Numbered from the stretch's first letter, positions 8,165-15,793 are shown. The stretch: 32,626 nt of DNA from Alphaproteobacteria bacterium (GCA_964231155.1 CAXRKA010000033.1:1-32626); one strand, 5' to 3'. Notes: generated from the letters alone by a model not told the origin. Made by a program: numbers and translations.

Positions 8165-9370
8165 ATGCTTAACCATAAAATCGTTACAATTTCAGCTTTT
8201 CTCATGACTGTAGCCGTTGCGGGCTGCTCGTCCACAGGTTCATTGTTCTCTAGTCGCAATGACACAACATCAGTTATTGAAGAAACCCTGGACACCAAAG
8301 CAACAACCGAATCAGCGGCTGCACCTGCCCCTGCCCCTGAGACTGTTGAAAACAAGATGACTGTTAGAGACGCATCTGATACCCGCACCTTTGAAGCGGT
8401 CACTTCAATACGCGATGATGACTATCGTTACCGCGAAACAGTTGTAACAAAAAAGATCCGTCAGTTGAACAACGACCGTAAGAAAATAGCGCGTTATGTT
8501 GATACATACGATGATAAACTTGATCGCATTCGTGTTGGATCTGAAGATAATGCACAGAAATATTACTCTGTTGTTGCCAAGATCAACGCACGTTTACAGC
8601 GTGGTACAACACCTGGTAACCCGATCTTGATTGATCAGATGCGCGTTGCACAGCAACACCTCGACAATCTAGCGAATGCTGTTGCTACATTGAATAAATT
8701 GGCCAATGACATTTCAACAAATGCTTCCGTTTCATCTTATCTTCTTGAAGCTGTCCGTGCCTCTTATGGCTTAACAGGTGCTGTTGAAGAAGATCACATT
8801 GCTTTAGAAAAACTAGAAGACGAAGTGAACCGTTTGGTTGTTCGCATTGATCGTCAAATGAACGAAGTATCGAACAGCATTAACCGTCGTGCCAGCTATT
8901 TAGCTTCTGAGCGCCGCAACCTACAAACTCTAGCTTTAGCTGTTTCTAATGGTGAACTTTATGGCCAGAGTCTAGCAAACCGTTCATTCTTCTCGCCATC
9001 ATCACGTATTCCCGGTGCTGATGAGCCATTGAACATTACATCTGATGCCAGCTTAGACAGCTATGCAACCGATACTCCACTGGTTGTTATTCGTTTCGAC
9101 CGTACCGATGTTGATTATGAGCAAGCCATTTACTTAGCCTCTTCACAAGCGCTAGAGCGCTATCCAAGTGTTGGTTTTGAGATCGTTGCTGTTGCCCCTA
9201 CAGGCTTGCCGCCATCTCAAATGTCTCTTACAGCAACAGATGCACGTAATAATGCCGAAGCTGTGTATCGTTCTATGACGCAAATGGGTATCCCTGGCAA
9301 CCGCTTGAGCCTATCTGCAACACGTAGCCCGAATGCTGAGACACCAGAAGTCCACATTTTCCTTAAGTAG
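8165..9370 (+). CDS. lipoprotein of unknown function with a degenerate OmpA-like C-terminus
   Basis: Signal peptide plus lipobox 'MTVAVAG-C-SS'. Coiled-coil middle region. The C-terminal 'ARNNAEAVYRSMTQMGIPGNRLSLSATRSP....EVHIFLK' loosely resembles the OmpA_C pattern (RA.AV...L...Gv...Rl...G.G...P....NRRVEI). Confidence 0.6.
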   Translation: MLNHKIVTISAFLMTVAVAGCSSTGSLFSSRNDTTSVIEETLDTKATTESAAAPAPAPETVENKMTVRDASDTRTFEAVTSIRDDDYRYRETVVTKKIRQLNNDRKKIARYVDTYDDKLDRIRVGSEDNAQKYYSVVAKINARLQRGTTPGNPILIDQMRVAQQHLDNLANAVATLNKLANDISTNASVSSYLLEAVRASYGLTGAVEEDHIALEKLEDEVNRLVVRIDRQMNEVSNSINRRASYLASERRNLQTLALAVSNGELYGQSLANRSFFSPSSRIPGADEPLNITSDASLDSYATDTPLVVIRFDRTDVDYEQAIYLASSQALERYPSVGFEIVAVAPTGLPPSQMSLTATDARNNAEAVYRSMTQMGIPGNRLSLSATRSPNAETPEVHIFLK

Positions 9371-9373
9371 AAA

Positions 9374-9853
9374 ATGTCGCTACTGAACGACAAGCAACAC
9401 GATTACCTTTCAGACGTAGAACTTATGCAATTGGCCACAGCGTCCAAAGCTGGTCGCCCATGGTTATGCAATGTCTGGTACGTTATGGATAATCAGGATA
9501 ATGTCTACTGGATTTCACGCATTACACGCCGTCACAGCGAAGATATAGCCAATAACCCACAAGTCGCTTGCACATTTCATAAACCCTATAAGGGTGGTCC
9601 AGGCCTTAAAGGCTGTGCATTGGTTATTGCGGGTCTTGCCAAGAGTTTATCGGGCGCAGATGCCGAAAAAGTACTTCAGCTTTATGCAGAAAAATACCCT
9701 CAAATAAATGATACGCCCAACCTTGAAGAAACAATAGCTGGCACAGGGAAACACCTGTTTTATAGGCTTACCCCCCAAAATATCGTGTGGTGGGATGAAA
9801 CTGAAGGGCATGATAACCCCAGACAGGTGCTTTTAGACAAAAATAATATCTAA
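9374..9853 (+). CDS. pyridoxamine 5'-phosphate oxidase-like FMN-binding (split-barrel) family protein
   Basis: 159 aa. N-terminal pattern 'MQLATASKAGRPWLCNVWYVMDNQDNVYWISRITRRHSEDIANNPQVACTF' is typical of PNPOx-like proteins. It starts 3 nt after the lipoprotein stop. Confidence 0.6.
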   Translation: MSLLNDKQHDYLSDVELMQLATASKAGRPWLCNVWYVMDNQDNVYWISRITRRHSEDIANNPQVACTFHKPYKGGPGLKGCALVIAGLAKSLSGADAEKVLQLYAEKYPQINDTPNLEETIAGTGKHLFYRLTPQNIVWWDETEGHDNPRQVLLDKNNI

Positions 9854-9865
9854 AGGCGGTTATTC

Positions 9866-9881
9866 TGGCATTATATTTGCA
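9866..9881 (+). promoter_or_regulatory. candidate sigma-54 (RpoN) -24/-12 promoter
   Basis: TGGCAT-TATAT-TTGCA matches TGGCAC-N5-TTGCW with the canonical GG-N10-GC spacing (GG 9867-68, GC 9879-80). It lies about 83 nt upstream of ATG 9964. Confidence 0.5.
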
Positions 9882-9963
9882 AAATATTTAGTCATTAGAT
9901 GATTTTTAGTTTTTATGGCATATAATGTTAATAAGCTAGAAAAGCTTTTAGAAGGTAGACAGA

Positions 9964-12354
9964 ATGGTCACAGGTTTAGCAGGATTATCACCACAGTTGG
10001 CATTTAGGTTATTCATGGAGGAACCAGATGAGTATCTCCAGAATTTTCGTGATTCTGATCCTCTAATTGAAAAAGAAATCGAATATTTTAGAGATGCTGT
10101 GGAGAATGCAGAAACCACAGATGATCTTCTTAATGATTTCCGTTCTTTACGTTTCCTTTTATCAGCCTTTAGCCTTGAAGATGAAGCCATAACCGGTGTT
10201 GGTCGTGTCAAGAAAGTTCTCTCCGAAGATCCAACAGATACAAGCTCCCTTGCCTTTCAGCTTGCTGATGATCGCTTTTTGGAAATGGCAGAGACCCTTC
10301 GATTTGATCTAGAGTCTGGCCTAGACAATCTTAAAAATGATGTTATTTTCCAAGAGGATATTATTGACCGTTATGTACGAAACGAATTTGAAGTAGCACT
10401 GGGTGAATCATCAACACAGCTACGTGAAGCTGCCTTTTTTGCACGTAACATTGAAGATACAGATAATATTTTTGATATCCTTGGCCAATCTGTTTTAAGG
10501 AATGTAGTGCTTGGTGCCCTTTCATTGCCGGAAGAAATTGCTGTGCAAAGCATTGATACCCAAGCTGCAACTATTGAGTCACGTATTGATCTCCAAGATT
10601 TTTATGATAGCGATGCTTACAGTATCAGTGACAGAGATGTTGAAGAAGCACAAAGTGATGCTGCATTGATTGACTCCAATATTGCCCTTATCGAAGCTGC
10701 CTATACGGAAACCACCTATATAGAAGACGAACTCAATACAGCCCTTGATGCCTACAACACGCTTGATGATGATATTGATACAGGTGGGACAAATGCTGCC
10801 GATATAGCTGTACAAGAAACGGCTGTGCCTGAGCTGGTACGTTATGAACAAGTCCTTCTTGAAGCAGAAGACACTCTTGAGGACATTGACACATACTTCA
10901 CAACACTTGAAAGCATTATCAGCCAAGCCAAGAACGGTGAAGGCACCTTTAGCCTCTTACAAACTGAGTTTTCTGACACTGTGGACAGCATTACAAACGC
11001 CATTAATAATGGTTCAGTGAATACGCTTATTGGTACAACTGAAAACCTTCTCTTAAGTGGGAGTGATGGGACACAATCTGTACAATATGACAGTGATGGC
11101 TCAACATTCTCCATCAGCCAATATGATCTGACGTCCCTCATTGACGATCTGAACACCGCCGTGACATCTTTTAATGCTGCATCGAGTGGTACAGATGTTG
11201 CGAATATGGCGACTGTTGAATCCCGTGTATCTTTTGCCAAAGAAGAAAAAGATACCACTCTGACGACTGTGCAGTCTGATATCAGCAATCTGGATACAAC
11301 ATTTGCCTCAAAAGATCTTTATGCGACCCTCAATACAGATGATCTACGCCAAGGTTTCCGATCTATTCGTGATGCTCTTGATCGCTCTGCACAAATCGAT
11401 GTTCTTTTAGGCCAAATCGCAGACTTGGCCCAAGAATCTGCAGACCTTACATCAACAGCCGATCGTACGGATCTACAAAGCTCCTATGAAGACCTTGTCT
11501 CACAAATCCGCACTCTGGTTGAAAACACCAATGATAGTGGCCTAACAAACTTTCTTGATGGCACAGCCACACAAAGCTATGAAGTGATCAACGGTTATAC
11601 ATTAGATGTTCAAGGCGGCTTTGACCTTATTACAGATATTGTCGATGTATTAGAGGCACAAGATATCTTATCTCAAAGCAGTGCAGAACAAGTGAGAATT
11701 GATGCTATTCAGTCGGAAAATGATACAGGTGCCGCCAACCTATCACTCAACGATGACCTTGTCCTGATTGATACGGCTTATACAACCTATGACCCACGGG
11801 GTAGAATTGATAGTACTGTTATCAATCTCGCTGATGCCTTACCCTTGCTCTTAGATCAGGCCAGCGTGAATGGTGTGAACCTCTTGGATGCTGACCAGAA
11901 TGATCTCACTGTTACTTTACAGACCAGTTCCTTTAATCTCACGATTGATGCACAAACCACATTCGAGTCAGACACACAAACTGCACTTGATAATATTGTC
12001 TCACTCCTAGGCACAGATCTAACAGGTGCTGTTTCAGCTCTAACAACTTTGGAATTGGATGTTTCAAGTACAGCCAGAGAACTAAATTCTGATGCCAACA
12101 GCCTCAACACTGAGTCCGCTAAAGTCGGTGCTGTACTTGATCTTGCAGCTCAACAAGCCGCAGAGGACAGTGAAAATCCTTACAGTGTGAATGAATATAC
12201 GCTTGCCTTTATAGAGCGCTATCTGATTTTGAACGGTGAAACCAATGCGACAGTTACGGGTGACGCTCTGATTGCTAACCTGTTGTCTGGTGAAAGTGTC
12301 ACAAGCTCCGATACAACCTCTGAAGCTGGTATTGCACTCTCCCTACTCTCGTAA
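9964..12354 (+). CDS. DUF1217-like flagellar-associated protein fused to a flagellin-like helical region (796 aa, very acidic)
   Basis: The N-terminus ('EKEIEYFRDAVENAETTDDLLNDFRSLRFLLSAFSLEDEA...VKKVLSEDPTD..SLAFQLADDRFLEMAETLRF') fits my recollection of the DUF1217 pattern. The internal 'ADRTDLQSSYEDLVSQIRTLVENTNDSGLTNFLDG' resembles the flagellin N-domain (DR..lq.E...L..EI.RI...T.FNG..LLdG). D/T/S/N-rich, with no Cys, Trp or His found on reading. Confidence 0.6.
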   Translation: MVTGLAGLSPQLAFRLFMEEPDEYLQNFRDSDPLIEKEIEYFRDAVENAETTDDLLNDFRSLRFLLSAFSLEDEAITGVGRVKKVLSEDPTDTSSLAFQLADDRFLEMAETLRFDLESGLDNLKNDVIFQEDIIDRYVRNEFEVALGESSTQLREAAFFARNIEDTDNIFDILGQSVLRNVVLGALSLPEEIAVQSIDTQAATIESRIDLQDFYDSDAYSISDRDVEEAQSDAALIDSNIALIEAAYTETTYIEDELNTALDAYNTLDDDIDTGGTNAADIAVQETAVPELVRYEQVLLEAEDTLEDIDTYFTTLESIISQAKNGEGTFSLLQTEFSDTVDSITNAINNGSVNTLIGTTENLLLSGSDGTQSVQYDSDGSTFSISQYDLTSLIDDLNTAVTSFNAASSGTDVANMATVESRVSFAKEEKDTTLTTVQSDISNLDTTFASKDLYATLNTDDLRQGFRSIRDALDRSAQIDVLLGQIADLAQESADLTSTADRTDLQSSYEDLVSQIRTLVENTNDSGLTNFLDGTATQSYEVINGYTLDVQGGFDLITDIVDVLEAQDILSQSSAEQVRIDAIQSENDTGAANLSLNDDLVLIDTAYTTYDPRGRIDSTVINLADALPLLLDQASVNGVNLLDADQNDLTVTLQTSSFNLTIDAQTTFESDTQTALDNIVSLLGTDLTGAVSALTTLELDVSSTARELNSDANSLNTESAKVGAVLDLAAQQAAEDSENPYSVNEYTLAFIERYLILNGETNATVTGDALIANLLSGESVTSSDTTSEAGIALSLLS

Positions 12355-12366
12355 TACGATAAGGCT

Positions 12367-13041
12367 GTGAGTACAGCATCATCAAAATCGAAACTTCAAT
12401 TCTTCCCTGTTGTTGAGCAAATTTATCAAATGCTGGACAGAGACATCACACTCTTACAAATTGGTGCACATGATGGGCAATACCAAGATCCTGTCCATCA
12501 AATCATTGAAAAACATCATGCACGGACAATAGGGCATTTGCTTGAGCCCATGCCGCACTATTTCAAGACGTTACAAGAGACCTATGCGCATTATCCCAAA
12601 ATCCATCTCCACGAATTGGCCATCGGACCAAGCAATGGTCATGTACAGATGTATCATGTTCCACCTGAAGATATAGAGAAACATCAATTGCCTCAATGGG
12701 CACAAGGGTTGTCATCCTTATATAAAGATCGCAACGCTTTGAACTTTCCTAATATTGAAGAACACGTCACCGAAATAACTGTTCGGTCACAGACTTTGAA
12801 ACATTTTCTCAGCAGTATAAATCCTGATTATATCGATATTATCGTGACCGATACCGAAGGGCATGATTACCAGATTATAAAAAATCTCGATTTTTCACAA
12901 TTTAGCCCATTGCTTATTATGATTGAATACATTAACTTGCCTGCTCAAGAGCAACTACAAGCCATAAATCTTTTAAAGACTCATGGCTATCAAACTTCGA
13001 TTAATGGTTATAACCTTTGCGCTGTAAGGAATGACATATGA
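12367..13041 (+). CDS. FkbM-family methyltransferase
   Basis: 'LLQIGAHDGQYQDPV' (SAM-binding G.hdG) and 'IIVTDTEGHDYQIIKNL' (D.EG.E) are characteristic of FkbM-type methyltransferases. GTG start with AAGG upstream. Confidence 0.7.
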   Translation: MSTASSKSKLQFFPVVEQIYQMLDRDITLLQIGAHDGQYQDPVHQIIEKHHARTIGHLLEPMPHYFKTLQETYAHYPKIHLHELAIGPSNGHVQMYHVPPEDIEKHQLPQWAQGLSSLYKDRNALNFPNIEEHVTEITVRSQTLKHFLSSINPDYIDIIVTDTEGHDYQIIKNLDFSQFSPLLIMIEYINLPAQEQLQAINLLKTHGYQTSINGYNLCAVRNDI

Positions 13042-13496
13042 CAGATCAAACCTCCCCACAACCACAACGCCCCTTTATCGGCACCCATCTTTTAGCCATA
13101 TCAGATGGCAAAGTCTTATTGATGAGACGCACAAAAGCTGCTGGCTTATCTGGCCGATATTCATTGGTCGCTGGCAAAGCAGATAAGGGAGAAAGCCCGA
13201 CTGAAGCAATGATACGAGAGGCTTATGAAGAAGCCAATATACGTATTGATAAGGATAATATCCGCCTAACCACTGTTTTACACCGTGCCAATGCCGATTA
13301 TAAAGGTGGGATAGAGGATGTGATGGAGTTGATTTACTTCACGGATACTTGGTCTGGCGAGGTTAAAAACATGGAGCCAGAGCTCTGTGATGACCTGCGT
13401 TTCTTTGACATTGACAACCTGCCACCAGAAGCGACAAGCACAGTGAAGAATGCGCTCGAATGCTACAAAAACAACATATCTTATCGCGAGATTTAA
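13038..13496 (+). CDS. NUDIX hydrolase
   Basis: Nudix box 'GKADKGESPTEAMIREAYEEANI' (G-x5-E-x7-REUxEExGU). Its ATG overlaps the FkbM stop (ATGA). Confidence 0.85.
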   Translation: MTDQTSPQPQRPFIGTHLLAISDGKVLLMRRTKAAGLSGRYSLVAGKADKGESPTEAMIREAYEEANIRIDKDNIRLTTVLHRANADYKGGIEDVMELIYFTDTWSGEVKNMEPELCDDLRFFDIDNLPPEATSTVKNALECYKNNISYREI

Positions 13497-13503
13497 ACTG
13501 GAC

Positions 13504-13944
13504 TTACTTTAGGTAAGACGCAGCCATCCACTGAAACTTCTCATGTGTGAAGATGCGCTGAATAGCAAGATCTTCCGTGGCGACATCACCTTCATCAGCC
13601 GCAATGGACTGTAGAGATTTGAGAGATGAAATTAACTCATCCTGACTGACATGAAGATCTTTCACCATATCTTTAGCGGATAAGTTCTTATCTCCATCCT
13701 TAATGGTTGTCAGTTCCTGGAATTCTCCAAATGTTGCTGGTGCCTGACCACCAATGGCCAAAATACGCTCAGCAATTTCATCAATGGCTGTATTCACATC
13801 CGTATAAATCTCCTGAAAAAACTCATGAAGTGGCTTAAAATCTGGACCATGAACATGCCAGTGGTAGTTTTGTAATTTCACATAGAAGGCATAGCTATCA
13901 GCCAGGACTTTTTGTAAATTTTCGAGTGTCTTTGTATTTTTCAT
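13504..13944 (-). CDS. dps: Dps (DNA starvation/stationary-phase protection, ferritin-like) protein
   Basis: 146 aa. 'LQNYHWHVHGPDFKPLHEFFQEIYTDVNTAIDEIAERILAIGG' matches the Dps ferroxidase-centre helices. Confidence 0.88.
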   Translation of the reverse strand: MKNTKTLENLQKVLADSYAFYVKLQNYHWHVHGPDFKPLHEFFQEIYTDVNTAIDEIAERILAIGGQAPATFGEFQELTTIKDGDKNLSAKDMVKDLHVSQDELISSLKSLQSIAADEGDVATEDLAIQRIFTHEKFQWMAASYLK

Positions 13945-14022
13945 GTCTTATCCCTTTTGTTCTATTGATGATGGAACGGTTTAGTAATTAACAATTTATA
14001 GTGATCGCTGCAAAAAACAAGT

Positions 14023-14454
14023 CTACTTACCATCATACTGACGACGTAGAGACGCGCTGACCATCTGATGAATAGCATCTTGGTGACGTTTCGAAGCTTT
14101 GCCGCGGGATGGCTTTTTACTTTTATCTGACTCACCAGATACATTCTGCTCTAAAGCCCCCAGCAAACGGCTCATTGAAGTGGCTGATAATGGTTTTTGT
14201 GTCACAACACGACCCGGCTTTGCCCCAGGCTTGTTCACACGCTTTAATGGCTTTACAGTTTTCCCAACAGTCTTGCCCTTTGATACACGGCGTATAGCAT
14301 GGGCAATAATGCCATCAATAAAGGGTGAAACCAGATCAAACAACAACTCTGGCTCTTTTTGTAATCTTTGTTTGATATAAATCTGTGCTTTCTTTGCACT
14401 GCCGCTGGAGAGATCAACGGCCTCTTGTATCAATTGACGTGTTTTTGCAGACAT
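14023..14454 (-). CDS. hypothetical basic (K/R-rich) protein
   Basis: I prefer ATG 14454 ('MSAKTRQLIQEA', G-rich SD-like tract upstream) over the track TTG at 14505. The lysine/arginine-rich central region is 'KGKTVGKTVKPLKRVNKPGAKPGR'. No recognisable family. Confidence 0.5.
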   Translation of the reverse strand: MSAKTRQLIQEAVDLSSGSAKKAQIYIKQRLQKEPELLFDLVSPFIDGIIAHAIRRVSKGKTVGKTVKPLKRVNKPGAKPGRVVTQKPLSATSMSRLLGALEQNVSGESDKSKKPSRGKASKRHQDAIHQMVSASLRRQYDGK

Positions 14455-14527
14455 CGCGCCCCCAATCATTAACAACATCTTAATGATACGAAGTTTTAAA
14501 CCCAAAAGGCAAGGGTGAAGTTAGAGA

Positions 14528-14812
14528 CTACGTTGTAGGTGTTAAATCACTAATCTTTTCTAGGTACTCTTTTTTTTCTTCTATTCTTTTATCAAGCTTG
14601 AGATAGATTTCGATGGCATTTTGTGCAAAGTCACGATTTTTAAAATCTTCTTCTTCATCGTATTCACCTAGAGACTTTGTAAGATAAGTTTTGTTCTTCT
14701 CATAATTTTTCTTGCATCGCTCACTCATCTCTTCGAGGACCTCAAGCTCTTCTTTAATCTTTTCGATCTCTTCGTCAGGGTATTCTCTATCTAATGCATT
14801 TTTCATGGCCAA
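14528..14812 (-). CDS. small acidic helical protein A (94 aa), member of the tandem paralog array
   Basis: E/K-rich helical sequence with C-terminal tail '...EYLEKISDLTPTT'. AGGAAG lies 9 nt upstream of the ATG. Confidence 0.6.
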   Translation of the reverse strand: MAMKNALDREYPDEEIEKIKEELEVLEEMSERCKKNYEKNKTYLTKSLGEYDEEEDFKNRDFAQNAIEIYLKLDKRIEEKKEYLEKISDLTPTT

Positions 14813-14818
14813 ATCTTC

Positions 14819-14896
14819 CTAACTCACTTCTAGTTTTTCTGATAGGCGATCAAGAAGATCAACAGCAAGCAAAAATGTATTGGATAAATCCAACAT
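14819..14896 (-). CDS. possible 25-aa micro-ORF (MLDLSNTFLLAVDLLDRLSEKLEVS)
   Basis: Not in the track (too short). ATG 14896 is preceded by TAAGGAGAAG, and stop TAG 14819-21 lies 6 nt before protein A's ATG. Confidence 0.3.
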   Translation of the reverse strand: MLDLSNTFLLAVDLLDRLSEKLEVS

Positions 14897-14929
14897 CTTC
14901 TCCTTATTGTTTTTTAATTGCCTTCTATG

Positions 14930-15112
14930 TCAATCCATAACTGCGTGATCACCATAATTCTTAGGACGACTATTTTCCAAATAAGACTGACCTTTTGAAA
15001 CCGCTTTAAGCGTGTTTTTTAGTTCTTCTTTGGCTCTGTTTTTGATATCTTTAATCAACTCAATGTCAGCCAAATTCTCTTTTAAAATATCGTCGTATTG
15101 TTGATCTGCCAT
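14930..15112 (-). CDS. small acidic helical protein B (60 aa), member of the tandem paralog array
   Basis: N-terminus 'MADQQYDDILKE' parallels protein C's 'MSEENHDDIAKD'. It also contains 'SYLENSRP'. Confidence 0.55.
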   Translation of the reverse strand: MADQQYDDILKENLADIELIKDIKNRAKEELKNTLKAVSKGQSYLENSRPKNYGDHAVMD

Positions 15113-15123
15113 GATTTATTACC

Positions 15124-15348
15124 CTAAGTGACCGGTGTGTTATCCAGACCATGTTTAGTGCGTGTTAATTCATTAAAGGTCTCTATATTCTTGCGTACCT
15201 TATTAATGATATTACGCCCTTCATTTCTTCCATAGTAATCTTCCAGAATGCGCGTCTTTTCTTCTAGAAAAGCGTCATAGAGAAAATCCTGCATCTCTTT
15301 GATGCGTTCCATGTCTTTTGCAATATCGTCGTGGTTCTCTTCACTCAT
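15124..15348 (-). CDS. small acidic helical protein C (74 aa), member of the tandem paralog array
   Basis: The N-terminus matches B. The C-terminal 'ETFNELTRTKHGLDNTPVT' aligns with D's 'KTYVKLVDKMQAISNSVPRT'. AAAGAG lies directly upstream of the ATG. Confidence 0.6.
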   Translation of the reverse strand: MSEENHDDIAKDMERIKEMQDFLYDAFLEEKTRILEDYYGRNEGRNIINKVRKNIETFNELTRTKHGLDNTPVT

Positions 15349-15363
15349 CTCTTTAACCGTGTC

Positions 15364-15423
15364 TTATGTTACATCTAGGGTGCTGGCAATTTTTTTCATA
15401 TGATCAACAACTTTAACATAGAC
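15364..15423 (-). repeat. degenerate duplicate of the last ~20 codons of protein D, in frame just beyond D's TAA
   Basis: 'VYVKVVDHMKKIASTLDVT*' (GTC TAT GTT AAA GTT GTT GAT CAT ATG ...ACA TAA) versus D's tail 'TYVKLVDKMQAISNSVPRT*' (ACC TAT GTA AAA CTT GTT GAT AAG ATG ...ACA TAA). Confidence 0.6.
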
Positions 15424-15432
15424 CTTACTCTT

Positions 15433-15693
15433 TTATGTTCTTGGCACAGAGTTAGAAATTGCTTGCATCTTATCAACAAGTTTTACATAGGTCTTGATTA
15501 CACTGATTGTTTTGTTCTGAACCTCTATTTCTCTTTCATAGCTGTAACTTGGATGACCATTATTTTCCAGAATTTCTTTTATTTTTCTAAAGTAACCGTA
15601 TAAAGCATAACGCATTTCATTGAGACGTGCAACGCCTTGCAACTGATTACCATCGACGATCTCTACTATTTTATTGATATCTTCTGTATTCAT
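15433..15693 (-). CDS. small helical protein D (86 aa), member of the tandem paralog array
   Basis: ORF track. The C-terminal tail '...ISNSVPRT' is shared with A and C. AGAGAAG lies upstream of the ATG. Confidence 0.55.
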   Translation of the reverse strand: MNTEDINKIVEIVDGNQLQGVARLNEMRYALYGYFRKIKEILENNGHPSYSYEREIEVQNKTISVIKTYVKLVDKMQAISNSVPRT

Positions 15694-15725
15694 TATAACT
15701 TCTCTTTTTTTTAGTCATTTCAAAC

Positions 15726-15768
15726 AGTATGGAATCCCATACTTTATCATCTTTCTCAAAGATGATAA
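15726..15768 (-). promoter_or_regulatory. two adjacent perfect hairpins/palindromes between the acetyltransferase gene and the small-protein array
   Basis: Hairpin 1: AGTATGG-aatc-CCATACT (15726-15743, 7-bp stem). Hairpin 2: TTATCATCTTT-ctc-AAAGATGATAA (15744-15768, 11-bp stem). No clear U-tract follows on the minus strand, so this is not a textbook intrinsic terminator. Confidence 0.4.
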
Positions 15769-15793
15769 GAGAATTTATGAATATGTCAATTGA

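Noticed and set aside
8110-8403. Minus-strand 97-aa ORF overlapping the start of the lipoprotein gene
   Set aside because: The plus-strand ORF has a clean signal peptide and lipobox and continues for 401 aa. The antisense translation is low complexity.
9948-12110. Minus-strand ORFs inside the DUF1217/flagellin-like gene (9948..10211, 10361..10570, 10371..10553, 10579..10926, 10842..11288, 11856..12110)
   Set aside because: They are antisense to a long, compositionally biased (GAx/ACx-rich) gene, which suppresses stops on the opposite strand. There are no SDs and the translations are Ser/Val/Cys-rich nonsense.
13962-14380. ORFs 13962..14144 (-), 14099..14380 (+) and 14109..14297 (+)
   Set aside because: They overlap the better-supported basic-protein ORF (14023..14454) or the dps upstream region. 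They are short and have no SD.
15400-15603. Plus-strand 67-aa ORF opposite small protein D
   Set aside because: It is antisense to a member of a recognisable paralog family, and its translation is hydrophobic/aromatic junk typical of AT-rich antisense frames.
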